Origin: Psammoneis japonica
Taxonomy: Eukaryota
Direction of reading: 5' to 3'
Assembly (NCBI GenBank): GCA_008632985.1
Contig: QPGO01000009.1
Coordinates: 434,001 to 498,000, forward strand
DNA: 64,000 nt
The notes under the pieces were generated by a model. The model searched no databases and was not told the origin of the DNA. It worked only from the letters and a program-made list of their open reading frames with translations. Position 1 is the first letter of the stretch; every line of letters begins with the position of its first letter. Positions 1 through 11,399 of this stretch are shown here, one piece after another. The position numbers were made by a program, and so were the translations under genes.

Positions 1-132
1 ACCCCCATTGTCATTTGCTCCAACAGCAAGAATGGTTTCCAAGCGACTGAGAACACAGAAATGCCAAATTGACAATCTGCAGCTCGACCAATCGGTCTCT
101 GCCCGAGATGGCTCCAGGATGAAATGACAATG

Positions 133-599
133 CCGCATTCAAACAATCGAACCGATTCTGACCTTGTCCCATTGTTTGTCTTTTGATGGCAAGCTCCGAC
201 AGCAACAATGACTGCCATGTCCGAGAGCCACACGGAAATCCAAATCGGTCACAATCGGCTTGTCCAGGAACATCTCTGGCGAGAGAAGAACCCAATGGTC
301 CGAGGCAGAGTCGCATTCAAACAGAAAAGCACCACCAACACAGTCCACATGGTCATGTTTGTCATGTCTCCAATTGCAAGAATGAATCATCTCATCTCCG
401 TTCAACATGAGGGACTTGCCAAAGTCACAAGCAACCTTTCGTCCAACCAATTCTTGGCCAGTGCCTGTCCATGATTGCTTGTGACTGGGTGGAAGGAGTG
501 ACAGTGTCGACAGACAACAACCTTTGTTTGGAAACTTGGATGTCATCTGCCGACATCTCCATCATGCATCATTGGTCGTCTCTTTGTTGGTGTTTTTTT
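133..599. repeat. Dispersed direct repeat, copy A (~470 bp; paralog at 3824-4288)
   Basis: Direct alignment from ccgcattcaaacaat to ctttgttggtgttttttt. Differences are mostly CG<->TG/CA and TA<->CA/TG. Confidence 0.9.
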
Positions 600-1237
600 G
601 AGAGCTGCCAATTGCTCACCATGGTGTTGCTCAGCTCACCACGTGCTCACCACGTCTGTCGGCCATCAGGTTCTCGGATGTTCCTGACCCCTCCTCCCCA
701 CGGCCAGATGCAGTCTCAGTGCATTGTGCATTCAAACCTTTTCAGATTTGAATAAAAACATGAACCGCACCATGCATGTAAGACTCATCTTTGCTTGAGT
801 GCACATGCTCCAGTGTTCGCGAGCACCGTGAAACCAACAAAAAAGCACGCATCAAGACAAGTCGCTGTCAACACCAACAAAACAACATGAGTCAACCATG
901 ATGGTTTCAAAACATTCGTCTCCATCACCTTCCCCGATGCGTCGCCACTTTGTTCATTTGCCAATTCCTCCAGCACAACAGGTGATGTTGTTTGTGTGGC
1001 CGTCGCATGCCCACAACTGCCAAAATTAGAGCTTGTTTGTTGACATTTTGTTTCTCACGCTCCAGTGCCTGCCGCAGCTTCTGTCATGAATGAAAACGCT
1101 GTGGTTGCCTTTCCCATGACTGCCATGCCCTGTGCTGTTCCTGATGTGCCTGGTTCAAGAGATGATGAAGGTGCTTTGCCTCTCCTCAACCAGCCACCGA
1201 CAAAATTGTTTGCTGCAACTCAAGCTGTCTCTGGCAC

Positions 1238-1953
1238 GCTCCAGCACCTCCCACAGTTGCCACAATGAATCCAATGCTGTCAGCGCCATTCAGGCAACTG
1301 CCACACCCTGCACTGTTCCTGCCACACGTCTTGCTGCAGGCAATGACGTTTCTATGGCTGTCGTGTTCCCAAAATGTCAAAAGTGCGATCGCACTGTCTC
1401 ACGCTCTATTTTGCCACGCTCCAGCGCCTCTAACAGGTGCCACAGTGAGTGCAATGCAGTCAGCACCAATCAGACCCCATGCTGTTCCTGCTGTGCGTGT
1501 TGCCACAGGTGGCAACGTTTCTATGGCTGTCATGTTCCCACAATGTCAAAAGTGCGATGTCACTCTCTCACGCTCTGTTTTGCCACGCTCCAGTGCCTCT
1601 AACAGGCGCCACAGTGAGTGCAATGCAGTCAGCACCATTCAGACCCCACGCTGTTCCTGCCACACGTGTTGCCACAGGCAATGACGTTTCTATGGCCATC
1701 ATGTTCCCACAATGTCAAAAGCACAATGTCACTCTCTCACGCTCTATTTTGCCACGCTGCAGCGCCTCCCACAGTTGCCACAATGGATGCAATGCCGTCA
1801 GCACCATTCAGACAACTGCCACACCCTGCGCTGTTCCTGCCATGCTTGTTGCAACAGGTGATGACGTTTCATGGCTGTCGCATTCCCATGACATCAAAAG
1901 TGTGATCGCACTGTCTCTCACGCTCTATGTTGCCATGCTCCAGCGCCTCCCAC
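1238..1953. repeat. Tandem repeat, ~4 units of ~170-190 bp
   Basis: Recurrent blocks gctccagcgcctc, tgcaatgcagtcagcacca, gacgtttctatggc and tgtcaaaagtgcgat. Confidence 0.85.
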
Positions 1954-3823
1954 AGAGGATGAATCAACAGAAACGGGAACTGTGTGTCTTTGCACAGTGT
2001 GGGGCACTGCATCATCTGGCACTGAATGGTTGTGTCCAGTGGTTGGTGGCGGCGCTCCATTCTGTTCCCATGGAATGCCGAATGTGCCGAAACCTGCCTG
2101 AGTGGCGATCCATTCTGAGTCGGTGGTGGAATGGCTTGGTTGCGACAGCGGAACGAGTCTTGGCACCGACTCAGGATGCATCTCACATGCAACATGGTTG
2201 GATTTGCTTTTTGACACAAAAGAGGCAACAGCAGTGGTGGCAAATAATTTGTTGGAAAAATCGTCATCGGGCTCCGCATTTGGTCCAAGAAATGTACACT
2301 CAAGGCATGTGTCTTGCAGGTCGTCAGTGCAGTGCAATGAACGGTGGATCACAACTCCACTGATGTTTCTTGCATCATGCATCCGATGTTCCTGCTCCAC
2401 GGCACAAGACTCAACGCTTGTTTTTTCATTCGACAAGCACCAATCACAACTGTCGTTTGCACAGAGGAGTGGATTGGCTGTTGTTCCACGAAAAGTTTGC
2501 GACAAGCCATTGCACTTCTGCAAGCGCCACCTCTCCTGTTTTGCCGTCGGCTGTTTTCGCACTCGGTGGTGACATTTCGATTGAACACATGGAACGAAGA
2601 GTCACGATTCATGACTGGATTTCACTGCCAATGGCTGCTCAATCGTCAGTTCGATCTCATGAAGTGCAGAGTTGCTTGGATCGCATCTTGTCAGCAACTA
2701 GAAAAGGGAAACAATCATCAAGTCAAGAAACGATTTTTCTCGAAGACGTTGTCCACCTTCTTCAAGACAAGAAAGAGGGTGCTTTTCACACACTCATGGA
2801 CATGGATCTTGTGCCTGAGGACTGATTCGATGATTTATCCTTGAGTCAAGGTTTGTCACAAAAGTGCGGTTTCGGATCAATGAATGCTCTGCGTTTCAGC
2901 CCGGCGAAGTGTTCTCAATGTTTCCGCTCCACCATCGTCCGCCGAGGTCATGCTGTGCTCCATGTCATCAACAAACTTGTTAAAGTTGTCATTGTGCAGC
3001 AGACGAATCATGCAATTTCGCAAATCGTTTGCTTGGCGATCTTCCGTTTGTCGTCTTGCGCATTGCTTTGTGGGTGGGAGAGGTGTGGTTGAGTTTCAAA
3101 AGAGCTTGCTTGATTTGACAGCAAGTTGGTGCGAGCACACGCTCAACCCAATGCTGCAACGCATTGAGATTGTCTTTCTTCTTCCCAAAGGACATGCCAT
3201 GCCCGTGCTCTGCAATCCTCGACCACCATCATAAAGAAAAATGCAGCAAATGCCAAGAGCAATGCAATCGTACAGCACCTCTAAAGAACCACCTGACACT
3301 GTGATCCGCTCAACAAACAATGGATCATCCAACTTTTCGTGGAGTGCCTGAATTGCCGCGACGAGGAGTCGACAGTCTCAACTGGTGAACAAGGCATTTG
3401 AGGCAAATCTGCACCAGATGGCCCTCAAACCTCAAACACATCTTGGTGAGGCAGGAAGCTAGAACGGTTCGCAAGAAGACGTCACTGCCAATCACCATCT
3501 TGCGCAAGTGAGGAGTGTTGTCCGACTCGTCAGGACGAGCAGCTTTGGAGCAAACAGCCTGGATTGCACAAGTGCCATCGGCCAACACAACGTTCTTGGC
3601 AATCATTTTGGGAGCCTCTCCTTCTTCGTGCTTCTCTTTGTGATTCTCTTCTTTGGAGATCAAGAATGGGGTCAGACCTGGCTGTTCTGAATGAGTTTCA
3701 AAGGCATCCACAATGGTTTCCTCCGCACCCATGTGTTGCCCAATGTCCAGAGGCATGTGCACATGACGTTGCCAGAAGAAATGTCCTCGACAAAAACCAA
3801 CAACTTGGGCAAGATGGACAACA

Positions 3824-4288
3824 CCGCATTCAAACAATTGAACCGATTCTGACCTTGTCCCATTGTTCGTCTTTTGATGGCAAGCTCCGACAGCAACAAT
3901 GCCTGCCATGTCCGAGAGCCACACGGAAATCCAAATCGGTCACAATCGGCTTGTCCAGGAACATTGCCAGCAAGAAGAACCTGACGGTCCAAGGCAGAGT
4001 TGCATTCAAACAGAAAAGCACCACCAGCACAGTCTACACGGTCACGTTTATCGTGCCTCCAATTGCAAGAATGAATCGTCTCGTCTCCATTCAACGTGAG
4101 GGACTTGCCAAAGTCGCAAGCAACCTTTCGTCCAACCAATTCTTGGCCAGTGCCTGTCCATGATTGCTTGTGACTGGGTGGAAGGAGCGACAGTGTCGAC
4201 AGACAACAACCTCGTTTGGAAACTTGGATGTCATCTGCCGACATCTCCGTCATGCATCGTTGGTCGTCTCTTTGTTGGTGTTTTTTTT
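3824..4288. repeat. Dispersed direct repeat, copy B (paralog of 133-599)
   Basis: Same sequence as 133-599. Retains TA at agtcTAcacg (4031) and gtttATcg (4047) where copy A has CA/TG. Confidence 0.9.
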
Positions 4289-4337
4289 TTCCTTTTTTTG
4301 CGCGACTGTTAATGACTAAACACATGTATAAACCCAA

Positions 4338-4560
4338 TTTTTTTCTCACATTTGGAAAAAAATGAGTTTCGGCGAAGAAAAATGATTTTTTTCGAACGGT
4401 GGGCCGACAATTTTTCATTTTGAACAAATTTTTCTCACATTTGGAAAAAAAGTGAGGTTCGGCGGAGAAAAATGATTTTTTTCGAACGGCAGGCCGACAA
4501 TTTTTCATTTTGAGCAAATTTTTCTCACATTTGGAAAAAAAGTGAGGTTCGGCGGAGAAT
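4338..4560. repeat. Tandem repeat, ~2.5 units of ~90 bp; possibly a transposon subterminal array
   Basis: tttttctcacatttggaaaaaa(a/g)tgag(t/g)ttcggcg occurs three times, and aatgatttttttcgaacgg twice. Confidence 0.8.
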
Positions 4561-4703
4561 TTTTCTCTTTTGTTGCGTTGTTGTTGTTGTTGTTGTTGCT
4601 GCTGTCACAAGTGATGTCAACAACAACAACACAAAACAGGATGATGAGTTGCCACTGTGCATCACAGTTAAGCCACACACTTGTGTTCTTGTTCTTTACA
4701 ACG

Positions 4704-5563
4704 ATGCCACAGGTTGAGAGTTTGGCAACGATCTCCAAGGCGGAGTGGATGGATCTTTCCAAGAGGAGTGCAACAATCACTCTACCCCGTCCGGACACGT
4801 TTCTTTTACGACAATCAAGGTGACTTGCACGTCTTTAGCAGACACGTGGAAGAACAAGAAGGAAACGGTGATGCCACAACTTGACACGTCAAGAATGATT
4901 TGTGGAAGTGGAGCAGCAATCAAGGCTGGATTCCACAAAAAAACAGTGGTGCTCCCAACCCACAGTTGGCGTCTGCCTGCTCCATTTTACGAAACAAGCC
5001 CACCCTGTTTGGTGGTTGGGATCCACAAAAACCAGGACTGGTGGAATGATTCCAGACGATGTCGTGCAATTGGAGGATGGAAGCAATCAATGGAACACCC
5101 TGGAAAACATCAAACCACCCGACGGACCCAACAGTCGTCATGTCGCGGTTGCTTTGCATGATGACTGCGTTTTGTTGCACACTCATCGCTGTGCCAATCA
5201 CATTCTTGTCATGACTGCTGCACATAAAAGGGCAGTGGCGTGTCCATTGAGAAGCAAGCCACAACGGGTGATGCCCCCTCACCACGTGGTTTGCATGCCG
5301 CCGAATTGATGTCGAAAAACAAGCTGCTGGTGATGTGTGGAGCCGCACAAGATGGGACCATGTCCAATGAGGTGCTTGTGTTAGATGCATCCACACAGGA
5401 ATGGACACGTGTCGAAATGACCAATGATGCTCCGTGTCCTCGTGCTTCGCCTTGTCTGTGTGCCGTGCAAGATGGTGTTGCCGTGCTGTTTGGTGGTGCC
5501 GTGCCAAAAAAGAATGGTGTTCGAGCAAATCTCGCTTTTTGGCTCTTGAGGATCCCTTTTTGA
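4704..5563 (+). pseudogene. Kelch-repeat protein pseudogene
   Basis: Kelch motifs split across frames: PSGHVSF, TGDAPSPRGLHAA, VLVLDASTQEWTRV, APCPRASPCLC...LFGG. Frameshifts, stops and no Tyr. Confidence 0.7.
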
Positions 5564-5659
5564 CTCCAGCGGGTTGTTGCCGGAACCAAAGCAGGCATCC
5601 AATGAAGACGCACAGTGGCGGACAAGGCATCCAATGAACACATCAAGGCCCAGTCGTTA

Positions 5660-7135
5660 AAGTCCAATGAAGTCTCCATCAGTTAAAAAGAAAGGGACGT
5701 GCTGCTCAAGCATCTGTTTCATCTGTTGTTCCATGTGAGAATGGCGATTGTGGATGCAACGACCATTGCAATGAAACCCATCCCTGACACGACGCATTTC
5801 AAGAACGTTCTCCACGGTGCAATCTTGGGATCTAGACGATTGTGAATCTGCGGCGGAAAGACCGAGATGGGACATCCCAACATGCTTCCCATGAGACTCA
5901 CCACCATGTCCAGTGAGTTTATGGTGCATGCCGCGACAATTGCAAGCAAACACACACACACACAGCCGATTGAAAGTTGCGTGTTGACAGCAATGTCAGC
6001 ACACGCCTCTTGATCCAATTGTCAGAAGACAGGCTGGGATGCCGGTGTTTTGCTCTGCGACAGTCATGGAATGACAAGCAGTTTGAAGAGCGGGGAAGTT
6101 TTGGAGTGGAATGGTGCAAATGACCACAAGGCAGTGTGCCAGTTGCACAGAGGTTGCCAAGCAGCCGGTTGGAAGACTGACTGTCAGGACAGTTCGAACT
6201 GAGTCTCCAAAACCCGTCCAGTGCACCATGCCGAAGAAGGCTTCAAAGCCAATGATGCAAAGAACAACCCTCTCACAAACATCAGGAAACTTGGCACGCA
6301 CTTCCTCACCGTGGACAGCTTCTTGTGAAGGAACCAGCAGCGGCAATGGAGCCTTCAAACAGCAAAACCTGCACACAAGACACAAACAAGCATGCAAGCA
6401 TCATCGAAAAATGCAAGATTGAATTTCCGCGAAATGTCCTGGCCAACATGCTGAGTCCTGCACTTTGTCTTACACTTGTTCCGATGAATGAATGCCATTG
6501 GTCCCGAGCAACAAGGACTTAGACTGGTCGCGCTCTTGCAAATGTCTTCATGCCAGACTGGCTCTCCTCCCGCGGTTTGGCGTGCAGCACGACCCAAGCA
6601 AATCAGCAATCCACACAGTGTCAACGCACTGGCAAGCAAGTTGGCAGGTGTCAGCTTTCAAACATCATGAATCCACGACAGGGGCATTTAAATCAGCACC
6701 ATGTCAATCAACCACCATCGTGCGCTCCAGTCCAACCCAATGAGCAGGAGAAAGGACGAGTGCAAGTTTTGCGGGACAAAAATCAAATGCGCCAAACACA
6801 CTCCCGATTGCATCAAGGCAATTCCCAGCTTGACCAAGCTCTCGCCGGTTGGTCCCAGAGCACGATGTGTCAATTCAGGACAGGTCAGCATGACAACCTT
6901 GGCACAAGATGATGGCACCGACCCACAGTCGGCATTTTTGTTTTTGGGTTGCAGCGGCTCTTCCTCGTGTTTGAGAATGGGCTTGACGGAATGCTCCTTC
7001 TTGTTTTCGAGAGCCCAACTCTTGAACAAGCAATCCGAGGAAAACAAAAACACGACAGCAGTCAAGGCCAAGATAGGAAGCGCAGTGGATAGCTAGAGCA
7101 ACGGCGTGCGGTAGATACAAAATGGCAGCCGGATT
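5660..7135 (-). pseudogene. Amino-acid transporter (Aa_trans / SLC36-38-like) pseudogene
   Basis: Family-typical segments AILYLPHA, LT(C)PELT(H)RALG..GESLV, GVCLA(H)LIFVPQNL, FGDSVRTVLT and VVSLMGS.LGCP. Frameshifts and internal TGA stops. Confidence 0.75.
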
Positions 7136-7392
7136 GTGATGGGTCGGGTCGGTCGGAGCAGTCGGAGTCGTCACGCGAACATATATTCATTTATGTTTAC
7201 ATGAAGCTTTTTTTAAAAAATGCTCAAAGCCAACGCTTCAACACGTGACGTCAGCAACATTCTGGTACTGTACATAGTCGCCGTGGTCGTAGAAAACATA
7301 CTGGAAGTAACGTCCAAACATCAGCTCAGAAATCTTGGCGATATCGATACATACACTGTATCTTTTTTCACCCAATTTTTCTTGACACCACG

Positions 7393-8204
7393 ATGGTCCG
7401 CTTGAACCTTATGCTTCTTGCCTTCATGGCTACTGCCGCTCATGGCTTTGTCGTGACTCCAAACCAGGTGAGATGGTGTAGAATTCTGTTGTAAAGCAAT
7501 GCACCAATCGGGTCGTAGTAGCATATGCACATCTTTCATCTTTCTCAAAGAACAACGTTCATCTGTGGTTCTTATCGGTATAGTCCTTCTCTCGCTATTG
7601 CTTGGCCACTGTCGACTCGAAGAAGAACGCTGATGACGCACCCGAAGCAAAGCCTTCCCTTGCGGTGGGCACCATTCTCGAGTTTGAAGAAAAAGGCCGT
7701 TGTCATGTCGGACGGATCGACGAGGTAGAGCACAAATCCAACGGCAACAACCGCTATGAGGTTCATGACAACGACGGGAAGCATTACAGCATTGCCGAAA
7801 AGGAGGTTCATTTCAGTGTCCCGTCTCCTACCAACGAGCCGGCCGCAATCAAGCTCTTTACCGAAATGACCAAGGCACAAACCGCGTCCGAACAAACCTT
7901 GAGAGATTCGTTGGATGTGTCTCCGGAATTGTTAGAGTTGGTTTGGGAAACTGCTCTAGAAGAACAAGCAGATGTCACGCCCCGTTCCTTGATTCAAGAG
8001 CTACATTCGCACGCGGCCTCGCACGTGGAAGCCTACATGGCGTGGCGTCTCCTCCAAACGGATTTGGCCCACGTCTTTTTCAAGGACCTCAAGCACCACG
8101 GCAAGATTGTATCCTTCAAGACAAAGGCTCAGAAAGCCGTCGAGGCTGCCAAACAGAGTTTTTGTGCTACGCACAAGGACGAGGAAGAGTTTTGTTTTGT
8201 TTAG
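7393..8204 (+). CDS. Plastid-targeted protein resembling the N-terminal region of cyanobacterial/plastid RNase II (no RNB catalytic domain); exons 7393-7467, 7584-8204
   Basis: Signal peptide MVRLNLMLLAFMATAAHG-FVV and an in-frame GT..AG intron at 7468-7583. Motifs GTILEFEE, LLELVWE, VTPRSL and EAYMAWRLL...VFFK are recognised from memory of the family. Confidence 0.65.
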
Positions 8205-8906
8205 AAACAAGAAATGAGAACACCGGTATGTGAGGACTGCTTTTGTATCCCCACATTTCATGACGAGAAAAGAGATTGAGCTAGATACTATACATACTGT
8301 AAATAAGAAAGAAAAAGATCGTGATGCATCGCAATTTCAGGTGAAGCTAGAGGTAGAATAAATTCTAGCAACAAAGTCTACTCTGAGAAGTCAAACTAAA
8401 CTTCGCTTTTGTTCTCAACAAAGGTACACTAAACTCTCGACTGAGCCATGCTCACTCTACGTAGAGAAAGGAGACAAACAGGGCTGCTTTGCCTGTTGTC
8501 CAATTCGATGGACATTGCCACCTTTGCTCACCCGTCTCCTTTTTTCCCTACTTCCTATCGCAGTCGCCGCGAAATGTTGTGAAGATAGGGCCCTACCGGT
8601 AGAATAGGGCCCTCTAGATACGGTAGAAGCGAAGGGCAGATACCGCCTGGTCGTCGTCAGTGGTCATTTCGTTATGAAATTATTATATTAGGGTATCGAT
8701 AATCTTGAATGTAATACTTTATTAGCATCTGTAGCTTGTCATCACATTCGTCTGTCCATCGATTCAAAAGACCGCCCCGATCACGAACGTGATGTCGCGT
8801 TCACGTAGAAATCACGTACAACTAATACCAACAGTCGCCGACAACATGCAACATACTTGTACCGTTCTCGCTCTCACAGCAACAACAACACAAAGCAACA
8901 ACAACC

Positions 8907-10839
8907 ATGTCGTCGTCTTTAGATATATCAGATTCTCCAACTCCATCCATTACTCTGGCACGGTCCATGCCTCAGGGTGTAGATGAGTTAGAGGACATGA
9001 TCCTTTTGATTTGTTCAAGTCTCAAATCGAAACAGGACAGACCGAAGCCAAGGTGGATGCTATGAAGCGCCTCGCGGTCGTGGCGTACAGCATGGGAACC
9101 AACGATGCTCTCCAAAAGTTGATACCCTATCTCGCCACGATTGCAATGAAACAACAACAACCCCACGAAGATGAGCTCTTGTTGGAACTGGCGAGTGAGT
9201 TGAAAAAGCTCGTGCCGTCGCTACTCAAGGGCACTCAGGCACTTCCGCTCTTGCCCATTTTGGAGCGATTGGCGTCTGTCGAAGAAACCGTAGTCAGAGA
9301 TGTGGCGGTGGATACAATTAATCACGTGGCTCCTGAAATTAGCGACTCGGCCGTATTGGTGGGCATGGCGAAGCGTCTTGTTGGTGCTGATTGGTTTACA
9401 GCCAAGGTGAGTGCGGCGGGTATGCTGCCCAAGCTGTACGAATGTACGCGAAGCGCCGAGCTTGTGGATATGATTCGAGAGTTGAGTGTCGATGATGCAC
9501 CCATGGTTCGACGGGGTGCCGCTACGCATTTGGGAACCTTCATGTCGTACTTGCCTCGTGATCAGTTGCAAGAGCTCTTGCCGGCGCTGCAACAATTGAC
9601 CACGGACGAACAGGACTCTGTACGGCTCTTGGCTGTAACATCCCTGAGTAAAGTGGGCAAGGCCTTTGAGAAGGATGCAGAGCTGTCGGTGCAAGTCGTT
9701 GTACCCATTATCAAGGCGGGAAGTACTGATCAGAGCTGGTATGTGTTGTACAGTATAGTTGTGTATTGTGATTGCTTGGATTGATCTGCTCAACTCACAT
9801 TTACTTTTTCTATATCCTCCTCAGGAGAGTCCGCAACAATTTGGCCAAGTGCTTTTCGGACGTGGCAGTCAATTTGTATTTGACGGAAGAATTCCAAAAG
9901 GAAAAGACTCTCGTCATGGCGTGCTTTGTCGCCCTGTTGCAAGACCCGGAACCCGAAGTGCGAGGTGCGGCCGTGGGACACTTGGCACGCATGGTGCATT
10001 GGGGCGGACCGACGCTATTTGCTAGCCATATCCAGCCCCTCTTGGCCGCCTTAGCGGATGATCCCATCATGTATGTCCGTTCCAAGTGTGCTCTGGCACT
10101 CATGGATGCCAGTGAAGGTGGCACGTTGGAAGATTCCACCATTTTGCAAGCATTTGCACACTTGCTCGAGAACTTTTTGCAGGATGAATACGCCGAAGTC
10201 CAGTTGCACGTGTTGGACAATTTACACCGCCTCTCTCATTTATTGGAAAAAATGCAGGGCGTCGTGTCGGCTATTCTCAGCATGACCAAGGCACCCAATT
10301 GGCGCGTCCGACAGGGGGTCGCCAAGCTCTTGCCGCACCTGTGTGAAGCACGGGGTGTTGACTTTTTCGCATCCGTCTTGTTGGAACCAGCCTGGGAGGC
10401 GTTGCTGCTGGATTCGGTTGCTCATGTCCGCATGGCTTGTGTCCACGGTGTGCCACAGTTGTGCCGTGTGGCTGGACCCGAATGGATCCAATCCACCGTG
10501 TTGCCACTCCACGTGAAACTCTATCAAGCCAACTCGTCTTCTTATTTGATCCGAATGACTATTTTGCACGCTCACGTGGAAACCGCAAAGGCATGCAACT
10601 CACAACAGCCTGACTTGTGGTTCAAAGTTGTTTCTATAATTATTCAAGAAGGACTTGTCGACAAGGTTCCCAATGTCCGCATGGCGGCTGCCCGGGGGTT
10701 GACTGAAATCGTGTCGGGCAGTCCGACCAATGCGGATTACATTCAATCCAAAGTGTTGCCAGCGTTGGAATCTAGTATCAAGGATGAGACTGACGAGGAT
10801 TGTCGTCATTTTCAACAATTGGCGATTGAAGCCATCTGA
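8907..10839 (+). CDS. PP2AA: Protein phosphatase 2A scaffold subunit A (HEAT repeats); intron 9739-9824; apparent 1-nt frameshift near 9000
   Basis: EDELLLELA, LASVEETVVRD, DWFTAKVSA, DDAPMVRR, DEQDSVRLL, SWRVR (joined across the intron), NWRVR and DKVPNVR are PP2A-A motifs. Confidence 0.92.
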
Positions 10840-11208
10840 ATGGTTGTAGTGTTGATGATGTAGCGTTTAAGAAATCAGATTGGGTATTTTACTGTTAGCT
10901 TTTAAAAGGTTTGGTTGTGTTTGGAAAGCTTCTGCCTCTGGTTTTGTAAGGTTTGACATTTTCACACCAACACACTAGCACTCTACTCTCGTCCGAGAGA
11001 GTTGCGCTTCTGGCAATCATCGCCCGTAAATGAGTCGTTAAATAGGCGCTTCATGATGTCATATTTTCCATCGTGTTCAGACTCAACAGAAACTGTCTTA
11101 GCCTGTCGTAGTGTCCATCTACTGGCTAGAAAGCAGCTGCTCGCTAACAGCTAGAGACTCTATACCGTAGACGGGAGGAAATAACCTCACTGCAGCAAAC
11201 TCTGTCTG

Positions 11209-11370
11209 GCTGTCACAGAGCACGGGTCAAGCTTGGTGAGCCTCATTCGTGATGTGAGCTCAGAGCTCAAGAAGCCTGATTTGCCAGTTGTTGTTGGCGG
11301 ATTGGGGGTGGACAGCATTGATTCAGGTGGCAAGAGCAAGCCAAAAGCCTTCATTTCCGAAGCATTCAAC
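11209..11370 (+). pseudogene. Fragment resembling the C-terminal part of a sialate O-acetylesterase (SASA/DUF303) domain
   Basis: E(H)GSSLVSLIRDVSSELKKPDLPVVVGGLG resembles EYxxNLxxLIxDxRxxLxxPxLPxVxGELG. Confidence 0.4.
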
Positions 11371-11399
11371 AAACTGCCGCAGTCATGGACAAGTTTAAA

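Larger units (their letters stand above)
1..7070. other. TpA-depleted hypermutated domain 1 (repeat/TE relic plus dead gene copies)
   Basis: TA dinucleotides are nearly absent by inspection while CG is still frequent. ORFs in all frames are Cys/His-rich and almost Tyr-free. Normal TA content resumes at ~7075. Confidence 0.85.
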
